Shown here one piece after another: positions 23,011 through 35,625 of a stretch of DNA of 64,000 bases. The position numbers and the translations under genes are program-made. Under the pieces are notes generated by a model. That model did not search any database and was not told where the DNA came from. It saw nothing but the letters and a program-made list of their open reading frames with translations. This DNA is from Camelus ferus (taxonomy: Eukaryota). The stretch lies in assembly GCF_009834535.1 (NCBI RefSeq), contig NC_045696.1, forward strand, positions 89,778,001-89,842,000. Direction: 5' to 3'. Positions within the stretch are counted from its first letter, which is position 1, and every line of letters starts with the position of its first letter.

Positions 23011-25959
23011 TAAGGGTTTGTTAGGATGGTAGAAGTTAGAGAGGAGGAAGTTTCATTGTAGTACAGGATGATACATTCAATCTGCAAAATGGTTTTATTT
23101 CTTTGTTTTACCTCTGTTGTTTATGTTTGTTATCACCAAACATGGTTCCCTGCAAAGAAAGCTCAGCCAGTTTCCTGGACACCCATTAAAACAGGACATT
23201 CTGTGGTAAATCTTAAAATTATACAACTTAATCAGCACACAGCACACAATCTCATCAGACATGTGTGCCCACCCTACCCATCCACCCCCACCACGCTGAC
23301 AATTCCCTTGGGATTAATTCACAAGAGGAACAGATTGAAAAGTAATGTTAAAAGGCTTTTAGTTTGCCAGACCCTTACACACTCATGAACTCATTTGATT
23401 CTCAGTAATATCATTAGGTGACCAAAGGGGAAATAATTACCTTCATTGGGAGCTGAGGAAATTGAGGCTAGGGGGTTAAATTACTCATGCCAGTCATCAA
23501 TAGAACCAGGAATTGGTTTCCAATGCCCTAAATAACCTTGCCTATTTTCCTTCCTACCCCTGTGTGGATCCCTAAGCTCCTGGTTTCAAAAGAACCATGA
23601 GACCTTGATTCCCTTAAGGGCAGTGTAACTCCAAGGCCCTAGTTTTGCAAAAGAGATACATATTTGAAAAGAAAAAATGTCTGAGTGTGGACATTTGGAG
23701 GTTACAGGGAGAGGTACCATGAAAGTACAAATTTATACAATAAATACCACTCCCTTCATTCATAAATTAATGTGTTTTTACAAATATATGCAAGGTAAAT
23801 GTTGTGATGATCTTATCGAGACTGGAGAACAGGGTGGGAGAAAAATCAATATAGAAATACTACTCATGACTGACTGTGTTGAGAAGGATTCCGAGGGTTC
23901 ATCTAGGCTTACTAAGAAATAGTGATTTGTTGGTTTGATAGTGTCTGCCCATCATGGGCCATGGCAATGGGTAGCCCCAATAACATGGGTAAACACCATG
24001 GTCCAGCTGACAGAATTTGACCTAGAGATAGGTTTTGTTTGAGGAGCCCAGTGTTTCAAATATTTTAATATCTGAAGACTTTCATATTCTCCAGCTCTCC
24101 CATAGTCTACACCATTCTCTTATTTTTCCACCCTTGGCCACCTGAAACTTTGACTGGCTCCTGAAGACATTTTGGTTTATGATCTTGATCTACGGATCAG
24201 ATTACTTGGTCTGGCACTGAAATCGTTCTGCAGCCCAAGTCCTGCTATTTTTATTGCCTACTTCCCATTAATTCCTAACACAACCCTCTTCTCTGGCTTG
24301 ACTTCCTCGCTGCCCTACTTATTCATATAGAAGCCAGGATCCTGCTCCTCCCTAAATGATGATCTCCTGGCCATTCTTCAAGGCCAAGTTAAGCCCTATG
24401 TCCTCCATAAAACATTCTTCACCATTTCCTCTTACAAACAATTACAATATTCACTATTACACAGTTTGTCTTTGTTCTTAATCTGTACTGTCTGGTAGCA
24501 TTACTCAAATGTTTGGCATAGTTTATATGTGCATTGTATAAGTAACATTATATATATATATACACACACACTTTGTCTTTACATATAGACTGTAAGATAC
24601 TTAAAGAAATTGCACTTTCTCATGTCTACTTCCTATTTAGCACTTATAGTATATGCTCAAAAGATGGTTGTAGAATGGATGATAAACAAGAGTAAGTACC
24701 TGAGGTAACATACCATGCTCCAGTAAGAGGAACTGAAACACTGAACAGTATACTAATTCTCATAAATTTCAGTTTCATGGTGCCAATTAAGAATATATAT
24801 ATATAGATATGTATTACATTTTCCATAAGAACTACACCCAAAGTTAACAGATACAAACTGTAATGTGTCAGGAACTTTCTTTATATAGAAGACCATAGCT
24901 TACTGAAGAAATAGTCTGATTTCACCTAGAATTCCTAGATTTGCCTTGAATAACTTTCAAAATATGCTCCTGAGGGTACCTGAGTGATAAAATACCTAAG
25001 ATTTCTCATCTACTAAGGCCTACTAAGGGCAAGAGACTTTAATAAATTGTATCATTCAATCCTCACAATTCTGCAAGACAGCTCTTTTAATCTCCAACTT
25101 TATGGATAAGCAGACTGAGACGAAGATGAGTAGCTTCTTAAGACCATAGAGTATTATGTGTCTTTATGATTCAACACATAACCGAGACCCTTGTGTAAAG
25201 TGGGAGTCCAGGACACAGTTACCCAATGCATATTGATGAGTGTTGGCGTAAAGAGTCTGGATTCTGTCTTCTCTACCCATACCAAAGAGAGCTCTGTTTC
25301 TAGTCCGAGAATATCCAATTCAGTTTTCTTCTTTGCCACATGCATAAGCGTATGGCAGATGGCTTCAACACATATTTGTGTGCACAGAAAACCCCTCACC
25401 CATGAAGACCCATGGAGGACCCAAGTCACAGCACATGCTCTTAACAACAGCCAAGGGTAGACATGTTATTCTACTCAGGAAAACCTTGAAACGATTCCCC
25501 ATTGCCTTAAGAGAAGTAACAACCCTTTTGGGGGGGATTTCTTGGCACACTTCTAAATATTAAAATTAAGAAAGGGGCATGTGTCCAGTTGAAAGTAGAG
25601 TGGATTATGTCCACTGTCACTGAACTATTTCTCTGATTGCCTTTCGCATTAGAGGTGGTGTTTGAAATCTGCCTGCTGCACTGTCTGCTTGTTTATATGC
25701 ACACTAGGCAGCATTCTCCCTCTTGCAGGAAACATTGTCTTGTCACTCGGTTCCACTTCTCTCTCCCTGCTCCTTACAAGCTGCACACTGTCCTACACCG
25801 TGACACATGACCCACGAGGCTTACCTGAAAAACACCACGATGACGGAATGCATGGTGTGTGTGTGTCTGCTTCAGCAAAAATAAATTTAAATTTTAATAA
25901 AAGACGTGGTAGCACACTCACAAGAGTTGACGGCACATCCCTTGTGCCTGGTACACCAG

Positions 25960-26370
25960 TTTCAAGGGCAAAGGGCAACATCCTGAGCCTGGTATTTAAG
26001 ACTCGTCCCAATTTGGGCCCAACAGAACTTTCCAATCTTCCTCCAACTGTTCGCCTTCACTCCCCTAAGGCTAGGCTACATTGACCTGAACCTTGTCCCT
26101 TTCTTTTCATCACATGTCTGTGATGATTCTGTTTCCTATGCAGGGAATGTCCTCTGAGGATAAAAGCCAAGTGCTGCCTTCTCCAAGAAGTCTTTCTTGA
26201 GTCTTTCCCCTCCTTCCTAGAGATTATCCCTCCCATATCTCACTCTCTGTATATAACTTGTTAGATTTCCCATCACTTTGTCTCTTGTGTTAGACTTACT
26301 TGTAAATACATCCTAACTCCTTTACTAAATTGTAAGTGCTTTCAAGTGTGATCCATGGCTGAATATCTAC
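25960..26370 (+). mobile_element. L2 fragment
   Basis: cctgagcctggtatttaagact...ctgccttctccaagaagtctttc...actaaattgtaagtgct. Confidence 0.55.
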
Positions 26371-26502
26371 TCTGCCTCACTCAGAGAAGAAATCAATCCA
26401 CCTCATTCAACATGATGGGAAGTTCTTTAAGGATACTCATTGCCCCATTTTTTTTAGGCATTTTTTTTTCAGGCACAGCAATTAATTTCTTCTAGTCCAC
26501 TT

Positions 26503-26938
26503 TGTATCAGCTGCTATTTGCATCTTCTGGGCCTACTGTGGAGGTTGCCTGCAGATGGTTCTTGTGTGTGCAAATGGCTTCTTGGGAACGTTCTCAGCCT
26601 GCAAGGGCGTGTGTGGCCTGCACTGGGATGGGGGTTGGGCAGACTCAAAGTACTGGGGATTTAGCACCCCAGGTATTTCCTTCAACAATCGAGGATTAGG
26701 TGGATAAATGCCCTGGCTTCCTCTCCCCTGGGCAGGACACTTCTGATGTGTGTCCCACACTGTACCCTGAGAGTCCTCACTGGGACTGAGCTACCTTAGT
26801 CGACAGCTGTCCTGTCACTAACACTCCTGTCATTGCCTTTCCTCCCTGACGACCCACTTCACCAACTCAGTGCTTCCTAAAGAAACTAAGCGCTCCCAAA
26901 ATCTTAGGGTCTGCAGTTGGGGGACCCAAACCAAGACA
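26503..26938 (+). mobile_element. ERVL solo LTR (LTR16-like)
   Basis: Begins tgt and ends with the LTR16-family terminus agggtctgcagttgggggacccaaaccaagaca. Internal ggataaatgccctggcttcctc...gggactgagc. Confidence 0.75.
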
Positions 26939-28639
26939 ATTTCTATCCTCTCCCCACAGTCCTCTGGTAATCAGATTTGGGATTCGAATATGGAACACAG
27001 TGACTCAAACTGACCAACACAGAAACTGGCCTCATCATCCCCAGAAGATCCTACAAGGTAGGACTTGTCCAGAGGAAACGAGATGCTGCAGGGCTGTTAG
27101 AATCAGTTCACTGAAACTTAGAGCCAGCTGGGCTGTGGCCAAAGTGACTTCACCTTGAAATTACTGCTGTTTTTAGTGCTGGGAAAAGTGATTGGCTGCA
27201 GTGAGTGCCTTAAAAAATACACTTATTACTGTTTGGATAATAAAATAAAACCAGTTATCAGAGATTCGGGCGTTCTCAAACATGCTGGGCTCTAACACTG
27301 AGGCTCACAGAGCCAGAATCTTATCTCAGCTCAAAATCTAATACCTGATCAGAAAGATTAATGTTCTTCACAGTAATGACATTTTTACCATTACAAAAAG
27401 AGCAATTTACTTTTCCAACTTCCTCTTCTTCCTATCCTAGCCTGTCAGAGAAAATCGCAGTCTCACACATGAAATATTTTCAAACCAGAGGTGGCAGGTT
27501 TATGGAAAATGACTCTGAATGTATTTGGGCTCAGACCAACTCTCCCAGCTCTATATTATTCATGATAAGCGTGACTTCTAAGCCTTGGCTTTGTCAGGAT
27601 TTCCTATTAATTGTTAATGTAACAGCTAAGTCTCCCTGAAGTGTGTGTTATTTTCTCATTTATAAAATCATAAGCCTTGGGTTAATCCCTCGTTAGATCA
27701 ATAATATTCTCATCAAATGAATGTAATACTGCCCAAGTGGGGAATACGACAGATAACCATGGCAGTGGAGTGCTACTCCTACCACCCTGTGAGTTTGAGC
27801 CTCATCTCTACCCATCTCTGCACCCACTCTGAAGGCAGCGCTTCTCACCTGGACCAAAGCAACAGCCTCTCAGGCAGACCAGTGGCCTCCCCAGACTTCT
27901 CTAAGCCACCCGCCACGCTGTCATGGCACCCTGCTCATGGATCTGACCATGTGACTGCCCTGCTCTGAAATCACTGAGAGCATATGGAGGAATTCCAAGA
28001 AATCTACCTGCAGTCATACCCCACCCCCCAGCAGAGCCCCTCCCTTTTCTTTTCAGGCAAGCACTCTTCCCGTTTGTGTGAAAAGCTGAAAAGGCCTCTG
28101 GATGCTCTTCCCAAGGTCATTTCCTCTCAGACCCAGGGAGGATGGGGCACCTAAGCTCGCCAGTTGCTCTTATCCTTCTAGACTCTGCATTTTTGACCTG
28201 AGATGAAGGACAGAAACGATGGGTGGAGCTCCCATAACCCAACCAGACTCTTCCTGCGGGGGCACCGTTCCTGGTATTTCTCCCTCCTGGGCCTCTGGAG
28301 CGACTCTTCTACAAGCGATTCCTACCAAGGTTGGTTCTTCAGCCTCCCCATAGACGTTGCAATCCCAGTGCACTTCCTGTGAGTTTACTTTAGCCTAACA
28401 TAGAGTATGTTTCTGTTGCTTACAAGCAAGAAACTCTGGCTGACACAGCTCACCACTGCCTTAAAGATAAAGACTCATAATCTCAGTTCCTGCTTATTCC
28501 TCCATTTTCACACCACACTTTGGCCACACCAGCCTAATCACCACTTCCTGGACACAATACATAGACACACAGTCATCCATGCTCTTTCTTACTGGACCAT
28601 CTTTCTCCCCCTTGAGAATTCTTGCCCACCATTCATTGA

Positions 28640-28840
28640 AGTCTCACAGACCTGGGTTCCAATCCCAGCTCTGACACCCAAGAAATTCCTTGGCTTTGTG
28701 CAAGTTACCTGAGCTTTGTACATTGGCTCAGGTATAAAATGGGACTAACACTGCCTACTTTACGGGATGGCTGAGAAGGCAGAAGAAAGCCTGGAGACAG
28801 CAGTCATCATCACTAGGTACTCAGCAAATATTTGTTACAA
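28640..28840 (+). mobile_element. MIR SINE
   Basis: cagacctgggttccaatcccagctctgac...gcaagttac...taaaatggg...aggtactcagcaaatatt. Confidence 0.75.
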
Positions 28841-28986
28841 GAATAACCCAACATGTTTGAGTTACCTCTAGCATGCTGATAAAAACAAACAGTCCAAAAA
28901 TGAAACATGTAGAGTCATTTACGTGTAATGAGTAGCACATATTCCAAGGAATTATAATAACACATGGGTACACATGCACATATGTT

Positions 28987-29031
28987 TGTGTGTATGCGTG
29001 CATGCATGCATGTGTGTGTGTGTGTGTGTGT
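28987..29031. repeat. (TG)n / purine-pyrimidine alternating microsatellite
   Basis: 45 nt of uninterrupted Y/R alternation, ending in (TG)10. Confidence 0.9.
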
Positions 29032-30169
29032 TGTTTCAAGACCTCTCTTCTGGTCAGAGTCTAGCAAAATTAAAAAATAAAAACCATTGAGAAAGACTGG
29101 CTATCTGTAACCACTCCACATGATATCATGTGTAACAAGAAAGCCAAAAGTTCCTACCTTACAACCAGGGTGATTATGGTTCTCTGGACCCAGCCATATA
29201 AAGATAACAATCCTGTCTCTTGAGAAGACAGCCTACATAGCTCTACAGTGTGTTCCTCGACCAGAAAGCTGTGCTCTAAAAACCAAAGATACATCATTTT
29301 CTCCATCAAAGTGAACTTTAGTTACTAGTAAAGGAGCCATTGAGTTGAATGAGGATGCTAACCTGCTTCAAACATCTCTGCTGAGTCAACCCAGTGAGCA
29401 ATGGAGACCGCAGGAAAGGCTGGCTTGATTTACATGTGTGTCTATCTATGTGATAAGATACATTTTCTGCTTTAATTACTCAGTGTTATTTGTATCCAAT
29501 ATAGCTATAGCCTATCTGTTTCAGGACAACATGATGAATTAAAGGTGAGGAAATTCTTAAGATATTGGCAAAAGTAAGAGTGAATTCCAGTTCTGAATGG
29601 GCATGGCAAATTGCACGATAAAATCACCTCTTCCTTTGTTGTCTCCCTTTCTTCAGACTCTAAGACAGAGTCTGCAGAGGCACAGCAGACTTCTTCCGCT
29701 GGGCAGAAGACAGGGGGTTGCAATTGCATCACGGAGCAAAATTACTCAAAAATGACTTCAGGAAAAGGAGTGGAAGCCAGCTCCTTCTATCCTAATTCTC
29801 AGTCCTTTGGAGGGGCCACAAGGTGGAGGGAGAGGGCTCTGAATTGAGGACCAGGTGACCTGGGTCCCAAAAGGGTCCCTGCAGCTCAGTCAGGTGCTCC
29901 TGTGGGGCCTTGATCTTCCTTCCAGAAAATGAGGGGCTTTGGGATGTGAGCAGAGCTTCTCTACTAGGTTTCTCTATGGCCCTAAGGTTCCAAAGAATCC
30001 CTGAGGAGTAGGCAAAGGGCAGCTCTAGACTTCACCCTAGCCTCCTCTTCCCATCTCGGCAAGACAACTCTGCATTTATAAGTTATATGTATGGGCTTCT
30101 ATGTAAAATTGCAAAACAAAAGACTGCAGCTAAATATTTAGGAAAATCCCGGTCTAGACAATTGTGAAT

Positions 30170-30410
30170 GAGAACAAACACTTACATAGCACCTACCATG
30201 TGCCAGGCTCTTTTCTAAGCACTTTACATACATCAAAGCATTTGATCCTCGCAACAACTCCTATAAAGCGCTATTATTAAACCCACCTTATAGTTTGAGA
30301 AACTGAGCGATTGAGCAATTTGCTCAAGTTCATAAAGATTGTAGGTGGCAGAGCTGAGGTATGAGCCAAGGCTGTCTGGCTCCATGATTGGTGTTCTTAA
30401 TGCTGATCCT
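30170..30410 (-). mobile_element. MIR SINE
   Basis: gcacctaccatgtgccaggc...ctaagcactttaca...tgatcctcgcaacaac...gtggcagagctgagg. Confidence 0.85.
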
Positions 30411-30679
30411 GTATTACTTCTCCCCAGCATCTTTCCTTCTCAAAGAGTCCATGATTCCAGTATCAGAAACTTGGTCTCATCTTTAAATATAAATCTGCTC
30501 TCATAAAACTAATTTTGGTACCCAAAATACTCCCCACTAGGGGCTTTCTTTGAGCAAGAATTCAGGCTATGGCCCTTTAGCTAAGGATGGGCAAGAGAAC
30601 GACTGTGGATTCCCTTCACAAGAAGTAGGCTTTTGAAAGACAAATGGGGATTAATCTTCCTTCTTCACTCTTCCATTCC

Positions 30680-31145
30680 TTTTTCTCACATTTACTGACG
30701 ATTTGTGATAGGCCAGGAACCAAATGAAGCAGTGGAGACAAGGGAATTGAAGTCACAGTTCCTGACATGAAGGGCCTCAGAGTCTAGAGTGAAATGAAAA
30801 TCTATAATTCACAGAAGAAGTCCTGAGGCAACCACCGGCCAGGATGACATGTCAGTAAAGAAGAAGACAGGAAAGACTCCTACAGGAGAAACCTTTATAT
30901 AATTGAGGATGATCACAGGAGGATTTAGCCAGATAGACAAAGAAGGAAAGGCTAATTCTGGGTAAAGACAGAACATATTCAAAGGCATGTAGATGCACGA
31001 TTACACGGCATTCTTAGGGCTCTTCAAATAGCTAATGTGCCTGGAAACTATCGGGTATCTGAGCTAGCAGTGACGACGCCTCAAGAGAAGAGTAAGAACT
31101 TCGTAAGGGAAGACTACATACAAAGGAGCTTGGATTTTGGAGTCT
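30680..31145 (-). mobile_element. L2 3' region
   Basis: catttactga...gccaggaac...gggcctcagagtctag...ggatttagccagatagac...aaggagcttggatttt. Confidence 0.6.
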
Positions 31146-31734
31146 CATAAATTATAGGATGGAGTTAGCAAAGGGCTGCAGGAGATGGGAGTGGAAAAGA
31201 ATAAACAGTATTTCCATTACTAATCAATTGACTAATCCAATCAGTAATTGGATATATGTAATTCAAAGCTAAGAACTGGTGGGAATTGGTCATGCTCGCC
31301 ACGGATCATTTCACATCACAGCCCCTTAGAAATGCTTCAAAAATAAAGGATCCTTGAGACAGATGGCCCCATAAGACTCCTGGCACATGTCATATGCACT
31401 GACCAGGAGGCAAACTGACATCCAGACAGAGAACACCTCATTCCACTGTATCTGGGGCATAAGCCCTACTGCTCACACCATGAATGTGCCACTTGCCCTC
31501 TCAGGATTGCATTCCTTTTGCAAATACCTTTCAGGTAACCTTGAGTCCCCATCATTCTTTATCTTCTAGAACATGGTCGAAACAGATGCTAGCCTCCAAA
31601 CTGAAGGCCCAATAAAATAACTGGAGTGTTTATTAGCTCTGCCATTAATATGTGGAAAAAGAAAGCACAGCCAAGAGAAGGTACCAAGCTCCTCTAGTCC
31701 CCCTGACAAGGAAAAGGAAGAGAATGGTTATCGA

Positions 31735-31925
31735 TCACTTAGGATGGAGGCAGATTGTCTGCTACAATCTCTCCAGGGACTGCTTCCCTTAATCCTCAAG
31801 TCAACCTGGTGAGGCAGCTATTCTCATTTTACAGATGAGAAAACTGCCGTGCAGGGAAGTATCACTCGGGTCGTGCTGAAGGGATCTGAGCCCAGGTCTG
31901 CTTGACTGCAATGTGTATGCCACTA
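31735..31925 (-). mobile_element. MIR SINE
   Basis: ttaatcctca...cattttacagatgagaaaactg...gagcccaggtctg. Confidence 0.75.
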
Positions 31926-32855
31926 CTTCTCCACGCACAGTTTATCTGAAAAGATTGGAAAAGGTTAAAGGAATTATGTGTGAGAATGTGCATGGATGTG
32001 TGGAAAATTCCAGCACTATTATTTGGATACCAGTGCTGACTGAATCTCTTATATTATTGAGGGGTTACTTAAGGTGACCACACCTGTGGAGCATTTTTAG
32101 CAGCTTTCCTGTCTCTATTATTTTCCAGCTGAAGCTTCCAGGCTGGGCTGTCAGAGTCCATCAGTGGAGACATGCGCTTAGGTGGTTTTTATCATGCACA
32201 CAGGACTAATGTGCTCTTCTTCCATTTGGCCTGGCTGTCTGCATCTCCTGCTGGGTGATATGATTCAATAAACTTGTCTCTTAAAGAAACTGAGTTAGAG
32301 CTGGAGAATTATTACACCTCCACCTCCCCTCACATATCTCCAAGGATTTTTGAGCCTGCTGTGAGAGAAACTTGCATCCGCTTGGTGTGAGGAGCGGCCC
32401 GCGTTCGGTCTGGGAAGATGGCATTGTGTAAAGTGTGGCATTTCCGTGAGCGCAACTGAACACAAACACGGCCTTCTTATTAGCATGTTTCAAATATTTA
32501 GCAAGATCCAGACAGCATTTACATGCATAATGTTTAAAATAATGTACCTTCTGTTATGAATGAACCTTGAAATTGCGAAGTGCCTATGGCAAAGTTCTTC
32601 ACCTGCCTTTCTCCGCTTGCATTTAATCATCTTGAAGATCTCCGAAGTGTAAGGGAACACGCTAAAACAAGAGCTCACGTGCTACGCATGTAGTCAGAAA
32701 ACTGACCACTATGATGGCAATGATCTCAATGTTCCCCAGGGTGGGAGTGGGGCTGGCATTCGTCACTACAGGTGCAGGGGGAAGGTGTGGGGCTTGTTTT
32801 GAGGGTGCTAGTCTTCTGATTGTTTTGGTAGCAGAGTTGTGTAAAGTGGTGATAC

Positions 32856-33868
32856 CATCCATTCATCTGTCAGTGGACACCTGGGTTGTTTCTGTATCTT
32901 GGCTATTGCGGACAGTGCTGCAGTGAACACGGCAGTGACAACATCTCTGAGACTCTGGTTTCAATTCTTTTGGATTTATCCCCAGAAGTGGGATTGCTCG
33001 CTCATATGGTAGTTCTATTTTTAATTTTTTGAGGAATCTTCAGATTGTTTTCCATAGTGACTGAACCAATTTGCATTCTTATCAACGGTGTACAAGGGTT
33101 CCCTTTTCTCCACAACCCTACCAACACTTATCTTTTGTTTTTAAATAATGGCCATCCTAATAGGTATGAAGTGATATCTCACAGTTTTGATTTACATTTC
33201 CCTGATGAGCATCTTTTCATATACCTGTTGGCCATTTGTATGTCTTCTTTGGAGAAATACATGTTCAAGTCATTTGCCCAATTTTTAATCAGATTATTAT
33301 TATTTTTTCGCTATTGAGTTGTAGGAGTTCTATTGTCAGATGAAAAAATAAAGAAAATATGGTAGATACACACAGTGAAATATTATTTCCTTAAAAAAAA
33401 GGAAATCTTGCCATTTGTGACAATGTGGATGAACTTCAAGGACATGGACAAGTAAAACAAGCCAATCACAGGACAAATACTGAATGATTCCACCTACATG
33501 AGGTATCTAAATAGTCAAACTGGTAAAAACAGAATAGGCTGGTGGTTGACAGGACTGGGGTTGGGGGTTATTCATCGGGTATAAAATTTTAGTTATGCTA
33601 GATGAATAAATTCTAGAGACCTGCTGTACAACATAGTGCCTGTAGTTAGCAATACAGTATTGGACACTTCAAAATTTGTTTCAAGAGTAGGTCTCGGGTT
33701 AAGTGTTCTTACCACAGGCAAAAGAAGAAGAGACTTAAGGAAACTCTGAGAGGTGTTGGATTTGTACACTATCTTGATACTGGTGGCATCATGGGTGTCA
33801 AACTGTACACATTAAATATGTACAATTTTTGTGTCTCAATTATACCTCAATACATCTGTTTTATTAAA
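32856..33868 (+). mobile_element. L1 (L1MA-like) with inverted 5' segment: ~32856-33331 antisense, ~33332-33868 sense
   Basis: Antisense ORF2-end sequence (ccattcatctgtcagtggacac...cccagaagtgggattgct) abuts a sense 3'UTR (ataaagaaaatatgg...tatacctcaata...aaaaaa). The two parts are contiguous on the L1 consensus. Confidence 0.85.
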
Positions 33869-34331
33869 AAAGAGGTAAACAAGGAAAATGCAAATTATAC
33901 TGAACGTTTCATTTAACCCTCATAGCAATCTTGCTGGGTGTAATTATCACTATTTAAATTATGAGAACTCTGAAATTTGGAGAAGACATGTGACTTGGCA
34001 ACACCCAAGGCTACAACTAAAACCCAGACCTTTTGACTCCAAATATTCAGTTTTAATGCAAGAATGTGTGCACAGTCCCTGGTGCATAGTAATTCCACAC
34101 ACAAGCGCAAGCTGGTTGTGATCAGGCCTATCCATACACGGTCATAGATTAGCTAATTCTAGAAAAGCAAAGTTGGATGAACTCTTTAGGACCATCCACT
34201 CTATCGCCTCATTTTACAGGTGGAGGACAGGATAGAGTTAGGGGACAGAGTATCAAAGAATGCCTGTTCATACTTTCTTCTCAAGGTTAAGGGAAAGGAA
34301 AAGAGCAGGGGCAGTCTGAGAGTGTCAGACA

Positions 34332-34812
34332 CTGTTGGTTGACCACTGAAAAGCCATTCTCAACCTCCTTTTCCTCTGCTACTTCCCTTTATAAAAGCTG
34401 CACAAACTAGAACCTCAATTCCACAGCCTCCCTGGAAGGTAGGGATGCCATGTGACCCCAGCATCCTGGACAATGATATGTAAGGGGAAATCTGATGAAG
34501 AGGTACGGGGAAAGATAATCTCTCCCTGTTAAAAGGAGAGAGCCACATGGAAACCCTCTCCTTCTTGCTTTTGGAGATGATGGTGTGAGGATATGATGGC
34601 TGGAACTTTGGTAGCCATTTTGTTACCTTAAGGGGAAGGCCAATAGAATTGCTGGCACACTAACCCATCACCCTGCCTTCAGGAAACTAGTGAACCATCT
34701 TCAGAACCATCTGACTCTAGACTTTTTATTACTTGAATAGTATGTGTCCTTAAGTTTTAAGCCAGTGTTGGGGTTTCCCAATATCTGCAGTCTAGTGCAT
34801 GTGGACTGATGT
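34332..34812 (+). mobile_element. Old MaLR LTR (MLT1I/J-like)
   Basis: cagcctccctggaaggtagggatgccatgtgacc...gtagccattttg...ttttaagccagtgttgggg. Confidence 0.7.
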
Positions 34813-34889
34813 GGAGCAGGAATCAGCACACATTATTACCTGTCTTTCTTTCCTCTCTCCCAGTGTCTTGGAGGGAACCAGGATTCTGA

Positions 34890-35250
34890 AAATAGCTCCA
34901 CTAGATGGTGAACTCCATTAGAGTAAGGACAGTGTCTGTCTTGGTCATTGCTGTATTCCTGTACCTTGCAATGTGCCTGGCAGAAAGTACATTTTAACAA
35001 GTATTTGCTGATTAATTTTAATTAATTAATCACTCTCTCCACAAATATTCATTATGCATCCCTAGGATAAGCCAGGCCCTAACATAGATGCTGGTAATAA
35101 AGGGATAAATAAGATGTGCACTCTGTCCTTAATATGCTGGCAGTTCAAGTGGGGGAGGCAGATATGGACCACAATTGGGACTCAGTGTGAAAAGTGCTGG
35201 AACAGAGAAGTGCTGTAACTGTTATGAGCATGGGGAGTGGAGGAACTTAT
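34890..35250. mobile_element. Two tail-to-tail L2 3' ends (+ ~34890-35010; - ~35035-35250)
   Basis: ggacagtgtctgtcttggtcattgctgtattcc...tgcctggcag...gtatttgctga, then acaaatattcattatgcatc...ccaggccct. Confidence 0.6.
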
Positions 35251-35409
35251 GCTGGTGGGGGGAAGAGTGAGGATGAACTTGTAACCTCTCCTCCCAGCTC
35301 CTGCTCTAATTTTCAGTCTTGGGGTTCAGTTCAAATAGCAAATGTTTATTCAGCATCTATTCTGTGCATGTCATTATTCTTGGCAATAATTATTAATCAT
35401 CATTAAAAA

Positions 35410-35625
35410 ATAGCTTTATAATGCTTATGGTGCACCAGTCACTGTTCTTTTGTGACTTACATATATCTATTTATTTTCTTCTTTACAACAGCCCGATGAG
35501 TTAGGTACTGTTATTTTCCTCATTTTACAGATGGAGAAACGGAGACAGAGAAGGATGAAGTTAATTTACACAGAGACTAAGGGGCAGAGTCAGAACTGAA
35601 TCCAGGCTGTCTGTCTCCAGAAACC
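35410..35625 (-). mobile_element. MIR SINE
   Basis: acaacagcccgatgagttaggtactgttatt...cattttacagatggagaaacggagacagaga. Confidence 0.85.

Noticed and set aside
29657..29847. Strong plus acceptor followed by an open frame (SKTESAEAQQTSS...)
   Set aside because: No good donor. The frame runs into a MIR and the peptide is unrecognised.
33045..33317. 90-aa plus ORF (MFSIVTEPICILING...)
   Set aside because: Antisense translation of L1 ORF2, a known source of spurious database hits.
34898..34911. CTCF-like motif ccactagatggtga (also ccactaggggc at ~30534)
   Set aside because: The first is a variant of the L2 3'-end sequence and lacks the core C. The second is one G short of the consensus.
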